From: an uncultured Bifidobacteriaceae bacterium
GTDB taxonomy: Bacteria; Verrucomicrobiota; Verrucomicrobiia; Limisphaerales; UBA11358
NCBI GenBank assembly: GCA_964536285.1
Contig: CAZHXG010000005.1
Span: forward strand, 7,565 to 71,564
Length of the DNA stretch: 64,000 nt
Direction of reading: 5' to 3'
The notes beneath the pieces are model-generated. The model did no database searches. It saw only the letters and a program-made list of their open reading frames with translations, and had not been told where the DNA came from. The position numbers were made by a program, and so were the translations under genes. Positions 30,358 to 40,034 of the stretch are shown in pieces. The first letter of the stretch is position 1. Each line of letters begins with the position of its first letter.

Positions 30358-31309
30358 TTGATTTGTCCGGTTTCCAATTTTTCAGCGAATCTTCCAATGC
30401 TTCCTCAACGCCGCGGATTTTCACGCCCGTCGCCAGCAGTTTGGAAACATCCAGCACGCAGTTCGAGCGCGGCGTCTTGGCGGCAAACTTGTAAAACTCC
30501 TCGTCGCCAGACCAAAATTCAAATTTCCTTTTTGACTTTAAGAATTTTTCGACCAATGCAACAACATGGCGTGTCGTCACGAAGCCCGGATTTGTCACGT
30601 TGTAAATGCCGAACGGCGCGCGCAACTCCCATGTGTCGAGGCACGCCTTGACAAAATCCGCGCGGTGCGAAATGGAATTCACGTTTTCATAAACTTTCAC
30701 GTAGCGCTGCACCTTGCTCAAGTAATTCCGCGCGTTGTCGAACTCGTCAAACGGAATCCGCAATCGCCAGATGTAACTTTGTCCGATTCCACCAATCGCT
30801 TCCTCACCTAACGCCTTGCTGCCGCTGTAAAAACTGCACGGCAGATCGCGGAACGAAAAATTCGGCGTGTCCACTTCGTTAAATCCGCGGACTTTGTCCG
30901 GCGATTTTTCAACGAGCGTGTGAAGTTCCGGCTTAGTCAAATCTTTTTCAACTCTTGGTTTACCGTTCTCAACAATTTTTGCGCCGGAAAAAATGCAGCC
31001 GCTCGAAACGTGTCCCCACGAGATTTCGGCTGCGGCGCAGGCACTGGCAATCGTCTGCGGCAGAATCGCGTTGCCAAGCAACGTGTCGGCCTTGTGCAGT
31101 TCGCACGCGTCCACGTTCGGCTTTCCCGTGTAACCGGCGGCATTGATGATGAACTCCGGTCGTTTTGTTTTTAGGAATTCCAGCACCAAATCAAAGCGCG
31201 TGTAATCAACCTGCTTCCGCGACAACGGAATGAAATCCATTTTACGTCGCTGTAATTCTTTTGCGAACGCTTCGCCGATGTAGCCGGATGCGCCGAGGAG
31301 CAATATCAT
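30347..31309 (-). CDS. NAD(P)-dependent 4-keto-6-deoxyhexose 3,5-epimerase/4-reductase-like enzyme (NRS/ER-type, RmlD-fold)
   Basis: 320 aa. Blocks line up with the plant/giant-virus bifunctional NRS/ER family as I remember it: [31 protein letters not shown]...[47 protein letters not shown]. Lies between rfbA and rfbB. Confidence 0.75.
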   Translation of the reverse strand: MILLLGASGYIGEAFAKELQRRKMDFIPLSRKQVDYTRFDLVLEFLKTKRPEFIINAAGYTGKPNVDACELHKADTLLGNAILPQTIASACAAAEISWGHVSSGCIFSGAKIVENGKPRVEKDLTKPELHTLVEKSPDKVRGFNEVDTPNFSFRDLPCSFYSGSKALGEEAIGGIGQSYIWRLRIPFDEFDNARNYLSKVQRYVKVYENVNSISHRADFVKACLDTWELRAPFGIYNVTNPGFVTTRHVVALVEKFLKSKRKFEFWSGDEEFYKFAAKTPRSNCVLDVSKLLATGVKIRGVEEALEDSLKNWKPDKSSHK

Positions 31310-31315
31310 AATTTA

Positions 31316-31405
31316 GCCACAGACTGACACAGATGAAACAGAGATAAAATTGAAGACGCGAGTTTTGAAAAAATAAATCTGTGAAAATCTGTATTCATCT
31401 GTGGC
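31316..31405. repeat. Palindromic intergenic repeat element built from CACAGAT iterons (copy 2)
   Basis: GCCACAGACTGACACAGATGAAACAGAGATAA...ATCTGTGAAAATCTGTATTCATCTGTGGC. The arms are highly similar to copy 1 and the centre differs. It exactly fills the spacer between the rfbA stop (31407) and the next gene's start (31309). Confidence 0.75.
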
Positions 31406-31406
31406 T

Positions 31407-32285
31407 TTAACTTTTCAACCGCTTCGCTTCCGCGACGACTTGTTCAAGATAATCTCGGTATTCGCACTTCGGCATTTTGTCCGCGAGTTTTTCAAGTTCG
31501 GCGAGTTTGAGAAACCCAAGGCGAAACGCCGCTTCCTCGGGACATCCGATCTTGATGCCCGCGCGTTTTTCAATCGTCTGAACGTAGGCCGAGGCGTCGT
31601 GCAAACTGCTGCTCGTGCCGGCATCCAACCACGCGAACCCGCGCGCGAGCCGTTCCACGCGCAACGCGCCGCGCTGGAGATAGGCGATGTTGACAGCGGT
31701 GATTTCCAGTTCGCCGCGCGCCGAGGGTTTCAGCTTTTTCGCGATGCCGACAACTTCATTGTCATAAAAATAAAGTCCGGGCACGGCGTAATCGCTTTTC
31801 GGCGATTTCGGTTTTTCCTCGATGGAAATCGCGTTGCCGTCCGCATCGAATTCCACGACGCCGTAGCGTTCCGGATTGTTGACGTGATAACCGAAAATCG
31901 TCGCGCCGGTTTTGAATTCCGAAAACGCGCGGTAAAACGAATCGCTCCCGTAAAAAATATTGTCGCCGAGAATCAACGTCACCGCATCCTTGCCGATGAA
32001 ACTTTCCGCGATGAGAAATGCCTGCGCGATGCCTTCGGGTTTTGGCTGCTCGCGATATTCGATAGAGAGACCGAAACGGCTGCCATCGCCGAGCAGTTGC
32101 TTGAAGCGCGGCAGATCCTGCGGTGTGGAAATGAGGCACAATTCGCGAATGCCGCCCTCGATGAGCGTTGTCAGCGGATAATAAACCATCGGCTTGTCAT
32201 AGACCGGCTGGAGCTGTTTGCTCGCGACGAGCGTGAGCGGATACAACCGCGAACCGGCGCCGCCGGCGAGGATGATGCCTTTCAT
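31407..32285 (-). CDS. rfbA: Glucose-1-phosphate thymidylyltransferase
   Basis: 292 aa, [18 protein letters not shown]...[17 protein letters not shown]...LGDNIFYG, canonical RmlA. Confidence 0.95.
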   Translation of the reverse strand: MKGIILAGGAGSRLYPLTLVASKQLQPVYDKPMVYYPLTTLIEGGIRELCLISTPQDLPRFKQLLGDGSRFGLSIEYREQPKPEGIAQAFLIAESFIGKDAVTLILGDNIFYGSDSFYRAFSEFKTGATIFGYHVNNPERYGVVEFDADGNAISIEEKPKSPKSDYAVPGLYFYDNEVVGIAKKLKPSARGELEITAVNIAYLQRGALRVERLARGFAWLDAGTSSSLHDASAYVQTIEKRAGIKIGCPEEAAFRLGFLKLAELEKLADKMPKCEYRDYLEQVVAEAKRLKS

Positions 32286-32335
32286 TTCATGAAAGCGTAA
32301 AGATTCCGCGCGAAAATGGAAATGCGAAACTGTTC

Positions 32336-32383
32336 AACCACAAAGACACCAAGGCATAAAGAAAACTTTGTGTCTTTGTGGTT
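32336..32383. repeat. Perfect 14-bp inverted repeat hairpin (related CCACAAAGACAC arm) downstream of clpC
   Basis: AACCACAAAGACAC (32336-32349), a 20-nt loop, then GTGTCTTTGTGGTT (32370-32383). It begins 6 nt after the clpC stop and has no U-tract. The arm motif is reminiscent of the GCCACAGA...TGTGGC elements. Confidence 0.7.
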
Positions 32384-32389
32384 AAAAAA

Positions 32390-34879
<2,490 letters not shown>

Positions 34880-34985
34880 ACTTGAAATATAATGCTATAA
34901 ATCGTTCGATTTGTCCAATGCAGTTTGGAAGATTGAATTAAATTTTTGCCTTGCCCGCTCTCTTCCAACATAGAAAATAATTCCC

Positions 34986-36464
34986 ATGAACCGATTGGTG
35001 ACTGTTTTCCGTTTAGGAAATCCCTTAAAAACTCCCTTGGAAAAAAATAAGGCTATTGAGATTTTTGTGGCGATTTCGATTTCGGTTTATCTGTTTTTTT
35101 TGCTCATGCCTCAGGCCGCTGCTCCAAGACTACATGATGGCGATGTCACCAATGCCTATCTGTTCTCTTACCTTTCGCATCATCCGTCTTCAACCAATGA
35201 TTTGGCTAAAGATTATCCCATGTGGAAAACACGGTTTGCCGGATCCCTTGTCACCGGCAAAGTGACAGACTTGTTCTGGACTTCTGACTGGTTCGCCTTC
35301 AACCGTTATAAATTTCCGGGAAACAGTCTTGTATTTGCAGCATATCATGCAAGTTGGGTTTTATTGACTTTCATGGTTTTAATCAGGTATCGGCGTGATG
35401 CGCTTTTGCCAATCCTCGGGACGTTCGCGGGCTTGACGTATAATTTCATCGAGCCGAGCGGAGAATGGTTTTTCCCCTGGGATTATCCGATGATGTTTTT
35501 TTTTACATGGTCATGTCTCCTGTTCTTGAAACAAAATTACTGGCTGATGCTGACGCTGATTTGGATCGGCTCGATGTTCAAGGAAACCGCCGCCTGTGCC
35601 GCGCTGTTAATTTTTTGGACGGACAGCTGGAGCGTGCGAAAGAGAATCATTTCGTTCGTTGGTGTTTGTGTGGCCTGTTATCTTTCGCGACGATTGTTCA
35701 TGCTCACCTATGGCGTGATCGTCCCTGCATTGCAACCGCAATACAGCTTGTGGGATAATTTGAAGTTATTGGGCAGCCCGATTTTGAATCATCCGATTTG
35801 GGCCAATGCCGGCGCCTTATTTCTTTTTTTTATTCTTCCGGCAAAACGCGAAATGATGCCAATCAAAATTGTGGCAGTCGTTTTTGCGGCTGGTCAATTC
35901 CTGTTCGGCGACATCATAGAATTTCGCGAGTGGTATGAGTTGTTGCCGATAGGTTGGATGTTGGTCGGCGATTATGTTGGGAAAAATTTCCCCGTCATTC
36001 AGCCGTCACCGAAACCCCCGCCAATCGCGAAGTCAGGCAATCGCGTTGGCAGCGGAATTATTGTCCTGATAGTTGGCATATTATTGCTTATCGCGGTTGG
36101 AAATCATTTGATCAAATCGAGATTCACACCACCAGAATTAAATAATAATTTGGCATGGTCACTTGCCACAAATCCAGACGCCGTCAAAAGAAATGGTTTG
36201 CTTGCGGTTAAACTTGCGGAAGATGCCTGCCAACGGACGCAATATCGGGTAACGATTATGGTTGGAACTTTAGCAGCCGCTTATGCCGAGGCGAGACGAT
36301 TTGACGATGCAATTTCAACGGCGCAAAAAGCCATTGCTTTGGCTTCTCAATCGGGCGATCAAGAATTACTTGAAAAAAATCAGAAACTGTTGGCCTTGTA
36401 TCTGAATCACCAGGCGTATCATGAAAGCCAAACGAATTCACCAGAACTTTTACCGGTCAATTGA
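34986..36464 (+). CDS. Polytopic membrane protein with C-terminal TPR module (GT-C/PMT-like glycosyltransferase candidate)
   Basis: 492 aa with about 10 hydrophobic segments. The C-terminal soluble TPR block (LAWSLATNPDAVKRNGLLAVKLAEDACQ...TLAAAYAEARRFDDAISTAQKAIALA...) is of the kind attached to GT-C-fold enzymes. Visibly AT-richer than its neighbours (not computed). Confidence 0.6.
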   Translation: MNRLVTVFRLGNPLKTPLEKNKAIEIFVAISISVYLFFLLMPQAAAPRLHDGDVTNAYLFSYLSHHPSSTNDLAKDYPMWKTRFAGSLVTGKVTDLFWTSDWFAFNRYKFPGNSLVFAAYHASWVLLTFMVLIRYRRDALLPILGTFAGLTYNFIEPSGEWFFPWDYPMMFFFTWSCLLFLKQNYWLMLTLIWIGSMFKETAACAALLIFWTDSWSVRKRIISFVGVCVACYLSRRLFMLTYGVIVPALQPQYSLWDNLKLLGSPILNHPIWANAGALFLFFILPAKREMMPIKIVAVVFAAGQFLFGDIIEFREWYELLPIGWMLVGDYVGKNFPVIQPSPKPPPIAKSGNRVGSGIIVLIVGILLLIAVGNHLIKSRFTPPELNNNLAWSLATNPDAVKRNGLLAVKLAEDACQRTQYRVTIMVGTLAAAYAEARRFDDAISTAQKAIALASQSGDQELLEKNQKLLALYLNHQAYHESQTNSPELLPVN

Positions 36465-36507
36465 AGTCTTTTTTGTCTTCTGAACACGTGCAGATTGAAC
36501 GAACGAT

Positions 36508-37602
36508 TTAATTCGCTGCGTTCGGAGGCGTCTTGACGACCGGCCGGCTCACGCTCTTCAATCGCTCGCGCACCATGTCGGCGCGTATCAAATCGCGTTC
36601 CTCGGCGGTCAGTTTGTCAGAAAATTGTTTCTGCAAATGCGCCGGCTGCGTCGTCAAAAACAATTCGTCCACCAGCGACCGTTCCGCGCCCGGAAACAAT
36701 CCCATATCCACGCCAAGCCGCAGCAACGAGAGCAGGTTCATCGCCTCTTTCGACGAAATGCTGTGCGCGTTCGCCAGCACGCCGTAGGCGCGCCCGATGT
36801 GGTTGAACACGACCTTCGGCTTTTTCTCCAGCAGATTCTGCCGCGCGTTCTCCTCGTGCTCGATGATCTGCGACAAAACTTTTTCCAGCCGTTCGACGAT
36901 GGCCGATTCGTCTTCGCCGAGCGTCATCTGGTTCGAGACCTGAAAAACATTTCCCAGCGCCTCCGTGCCTTCGCCGTAAAGTCCGCGAACAGCGAGGCCG
37001 AGCTTGTTGACGGATTGGATGATGGGATTGATCTGCTCGCCGAGAACGAGTCCGGGCAGATGCAACATCGCGCTGACGCGAATGCCCGTGCCGAGATTCG
37101 TCGGACACGCGGTCAAATAGCCGAGATCGCCGTCGAAGGCGTAATCCAGTTTTTTCTCCAGTTCGGAATCCAGATGGTCGATCGCGTTCCATGCCTGCTT
37201 CAATTGCAAGCCGGGACGCAACGCCTGCATCCGCAGATGATCTTCCTCGTTGATCATCACGCAAAATGTTTCCTCGCGGTTCAAGACGAGTCCGCTGCCG
37301 GAACTTTTCGCGGCATGCTCGCGGCTGATGAGATGGCGCTCGACGAGAATCTGTTTGTCTAGCGCGCCGAGATTGTCCATCGCCTCGGAAAAAGCGTCCT
37401 TCATCTCCGGCAGACTCTCGACGGCGGGACGGATGGTCTCCAAGATTTTCACGCGCTCCGGCTTTTTCGCCCAGCCGGGGAACGCCGCGTCCTTCAGATT
37501 GCGCGCGAGCCGGACGCGACTCGACATGACGATGCGGTCATGCGGGCCGTGAATCCGCGCGATTTCGGCAGGAGAAATCAAAAATTCGTGAAGGTTTTTC
37601 AT
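36508..37602 (-). CDS. mcsB: Protein arginine kinase McsB (ATP:guanido phosphotransferase)
   Basis: 364 aa with phosphagen-kinase catalytic blocks (SSRVRLARN, MINEEDHLRMQ, LTACPTNLGTGIRVSAMLHLPGL). The start overlaps the mcsA stop (ATGA). Confidence 0.9.
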   Translation of the reverse strand: MKNLHEFLISPAEIARIHGPHDRIVMSSRVRLARNLKDAAFPGWAKKPERVKILETIRPAVESLPEMKDAFSEAMDNLGALDKQILVERHLISREHAAKSSGSGLVLNREETFCVMINEEDHLRMQALRPGLQLKQAWNAIDHLDSELEKKLDYAFDGDLGYLTACPTNLGTGIRVSAMLHLPGLVLGEQINPIIQSVNKLGLAVRGLYGEGTEALGNVFQVSNQMTLGEDESAIVERLEKVLSQIIEHEENARQNLLEKKPKVVFNHIGRAYGVLANAHSISSKEAMNLLSLLRLGVDMGLFPGAERSLVDELFLTTQPAHLQKQFSDKLTAEERDLIRADMVRERLKSVSRPVVKTPPNAAN

Positions 37603-38111
37603 CGCGTCAGATTTGTCGGCGTTGCCGGGCGCTCGTTGATTTTTTTCAATTCATCGCGCAACTGCGCGGCTTCCTCGAAATTTTCCGATTCAATCGCCTT
37701 GTTCAATTTTTTCTGCAACGACTTCAGCCGGTCGGCGTTTTGCAGCGACGAGCGCAGCGCTTCCGGCGCCTTGCCGATGTGCCGCGTGCCTTTGTGCATC
37801 GTCTTGATCAAGCCGGTCAAGCCTTCCGAAAAAGTTTTGTAACATTCCGGGCAGCCGAGCCGGCCGGACTTCTTGAAATCCGCCTGCGAAAAACCGCAGC
37901 GCGGGCATTTCAAATCCGCGCCGACGGCCTGTTCGACTTCCTGCGCCGCGCCGAGTCCGAGCATGATGTCCGCCAGCGCGAAACCCGACGGGTCATTGAC
38001 GCCCTTGGTCTTGGCGCAATCCTCGCACAAATCCAGCTTCTGCATCTTGTCGCCCACGATCTGGGTCAGATGCACGGTGGCCGGTTTGTCTTTGCAAATG
38101 GAACACTGCAT
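37599..38111 (-). CDS. mcsA: McsA-like activator (zinc-finger plus UVR-domain protein)
   Basis: 170 aa with an N-terminal CxxC...CxxC (MQCSICKDKPATVHLT...LCEDCA), a second pair (KCPRCG...GCPECY) and a C-terminal UVR motif (FEEAAQLRDELKKI). Collinear with B. subtilis McsA as I remember it. Confidence 0.82.
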   Translation of the reverse strand: MQCSICKDKPATVHLTQIVGDKMQKLDLCEDCAKTKGVNDPSGFALADIMLGLGAAQEVEQAVGADLKCPRCGFSQADFKKSGRLGCPECYKTFSEGLTGLIKTMHKGTRHIGKAPEALRSSLQNADRLKSLQKKLNKAIESENFEEAAQLRDELKKINERPATPTNLTR

Positions 38112-38235
38112 TTTTGAAAATGTGATTCGTTAAATCGTCGCAAAAATTAAATTCACTGCTTAAAAATACATTATCGCCGTTGAAATTGCAAAAACAATGA
38201 ACGCGCAATTGTGAATGGAAAATGAATTTTGAAAA

Positions 38236-38352
38236 TCCAGCGCCCTAGGCGCGACATATTTGTAGAAACGAAAATCAAAAATATTTTTAGCTCCGTCAGG
38301 AGCGGCATATTCCGGCGAAATGATTTTCAAAAGATGCCGCTCCTACGGCGCT
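38236..38352. repeat. Cluster of short dispersed-repeat-family units including a ~19-bp imperfect hairpin
   Basis: Unit A (38238-38270) reads in reverse complement as TTTCTACAAATATGTCGCGCCTAGGGCGCTGG (FYKYVAPRAL). Unit B has arms AGCTCCGTCAGGAGCGGCAT (38289-38308) and ATGCCGCTCCTACGGCGCT (38334-38352), which form an inverted repeat. Confidence 0.5.
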
Positions 38353-38857
38353 AAACGGCTGGCGTTTGCGAATTGGTTTTGCTTTGAAATAATTCTCGCA
38401 CATCGCGGCGCATCAGAACCCAAAGCATCCAAGCAGAAATTGCGATGTAACTTATCATAACCAAAATCACCGCGAACTGCGGGACGATTGCATGAGGACG
38501 GTCATCAATCAAAATGGATGAAAACTGGAAAACAATTCTATCTGAATTGAAAATCGCCCAAAGAGTCATTGGCAACGCGAACAATAAAAATGAGCCAAAC
38601 ATAAAAAGACAATACCAACGCGCATAGCGCCAAAGTTTTAACAAGCCGAACCCGGCAATCATTGTTAAAAGATTCCAACTGGGAGCAAGTGCAAGACCGT
38701 GAGTCCGTATGCAATCTGCCACGATGCCGGACAGTCCCATTAAAAAAACCAGCACCGAAACAACAGTTAGTGCAATTGGCCGTTTCATAATTGTTTCTCC
38801 AGTTTTATTTTTAGTTTCCGATTCAACGATGTAACGATTCAACAATTCACGTTTCAC
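38351..38857 (-). CDS. Hypothetical integral membrane protein
   Basis: 168 codons with 4 predicted TM segments and no family recognised. The GTG start overlaps the ilvE stop (GTGA); an alternative ATG is at 38788. AT-rich, and its stop codon lies inside the right arm of the adjacent repeat. Confidence 0.5.
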   Translation of the reverse strand: MKRELLNRYIVESETKNKTGETIMKRPIALTVVSVLVFLMGLSGIVADCIRTHGLALAPSWNLLTMIAGFGLLKLWRYARWYCLFMFGSFLLFALPMTLWAIFNSDRIVFQFSSILIDDRPHAIVPQFAVILVMISYIAISAWMLWVLMRRDVRELFQSKTNSQTPAV

Positions 38858-39723
38858 ACAATCGGCTCGCCCGACACTTTCGTCAAGGCGCGGTAATCGG
38901 CCACGAGCTTGCGCGTGAGCGCGCCCAGCTTGCCGTTGCCGATGACGCGACCGTCAATCTTCACCACCGGAATCAGTTCCGCGCCCGTGCCGGTGAGAAA
39001 ACATTCGTCGGCGTTGAACAGATCGTAGCGCGTCAGGTTCGGCTCGGAAACTTTCAAGCCATCTTCTTGCGCCAGTTCAATCACCGTCTGCCGCGTGATG
39101 CCGTAAAGCGCGCCCGCTGAAAGCGGCGGCGTGAACAGTTCGCCGCTCTTCACGATGAACAGGTTGTCTCCGGTGCATTCGGCCACGTAACCTTCCGCAT
39201 TCAACATCACCGCTTCCTCGCAACCGCCGTTGTTCGCCTCGATCTTCGCGAGGATGTTGTTGAGATAATTCAGCGACTTGATGGCCGGGTTGAGCGCGCT
39301 GTGCAGATTGCGCGCCGTCGGCACGGTGATGATGGTCAAACCCTTCGCGTAAAATTCCGGCGGATAAAGCTGGATGCTTCCGGCAATGATGATGACGGAC
39401 GGACGCTTGCAACTTTTCGGATTCAATCCAAGCGAACCAACTCCGCGCGTCACGACGAGGCGGATGTAGCCGTCGCGTAATTTATTTTTCCGGCAAGTTT
39501 CAAGGACGGCCTCGGAAATTTTTTCGTGCGACATCGGAATTTCCAGAAGAATCGCCTTCGCGGAACAAAAGAGCCGGTCAATATGTTCCTTCAATTTAAA
39601 GACACGGCCATTGTAAGCGCGGATGCCTTCGAAAATCCCGTCGCCATAAAGAAGTCCGTGATCGAACACGGACACTTTTGCGTCACGCTCGCTGTAAAAT
39701 TTGCCGTCGATAAAAATTTTCAT
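38854..39723 (-). CDS. ilvE: Branched-chain amino acid aminotransferase (fold-type IV PLP enzyme)
   Basis: 289 aa, VSVFDHGLLYGDGIFEGIRAYNGRVFKLKEHIDRL, ...NLFIVKSGELFTPP...LYGITRQTV. The short IlvE/Dat family; IlvE is more likely. Confidence 0.82.
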   Translation of the reverse strand: MKIFIDGKFYSERDAKVSVFDHGLLYGDGIFEGIRAYNGRVFKLKEHIDRLFCSAKAILLEIPMSHEKISEAVLETCRKNKLRDGYIRLVVTRGVGSLGLNPKSCKRPSVIIIAGSIQLYPPEFYAKGLTIITVPTARNLHSALNPAIKSLNYLNNILAKIEANNGGCEEAVMLNAEGYVAECTGDNLFIVKSGELFTPPLSAGALYGITRQTVIELAQEDGLKVSEPNLTRYDLFNADECFLTGTGAELIPVVKIDGRVIGNGKLGALTRKLVADYRALTKVSGEPIV

Positions 39724-39928
39724 GCCTGTTCAGCAGCGTATTTCAAAAAATGAGCCGAGGCAAACGTGAATTTGCCGTCTCAAAATCGTAGCGGCGAACG
39801 TGAGTTCGTTCTGACTTTGGAATTCGAGCGAAAACAAACAATGAGCCGGCTCACATCGGTTGCTGCAAGAGGATTTGAAATTTGCGTGACAGTAGTTGAA
39901 AGATGATTATATTGGCGCGCTCTTTGAC

Positions 39929-40003
39929 GACCCTATGGTCTAGCGGTTAGGACACTGCCCTTTCACGGCGGTAGCTCGGGTTCGATTCCCGATAGGGTCG
40001 CCA
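39929..40003 (+). tRNA. tRNA-Glu (anticodon UUC)
   Basis: Manual fold: acceptor GACCCTA/TAGGGTC, D-arm GTCTAGCGGTTAGGAC, anticodon stem CTGCC/GGCGG with loop CTTTCAC, T-arm TCGGG-TTCGATT-CCCGA, encoded CCA. 75 nt. Confidence 0.9.
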
Positions 40004-40034
40004 TTTTCCAGAGGAATTTTTCCCGGCCCATGAA

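Noticed and set aside
30279-31405. The CACAGAT iteron clusters, considered as a degenerate CRISPR array.
   Set aside because: The iterons are 7-11 nt and arranged as inverted arms of two separate ~80-90-bp elements flanking a normal gene. There are no regularly spaced 25-40-nt repeats, spacers or cas genes.
38112-38235. A search for a CtsR operator (GGTCAAA-type direct repeat) or CIRCE element upstream of mcsA.
   Set aside because: Neither motif nor its reverse complement is present by eye. Only repeated TTTTGAAAA palindromes were seen, which I cannot connect to a known regulator.
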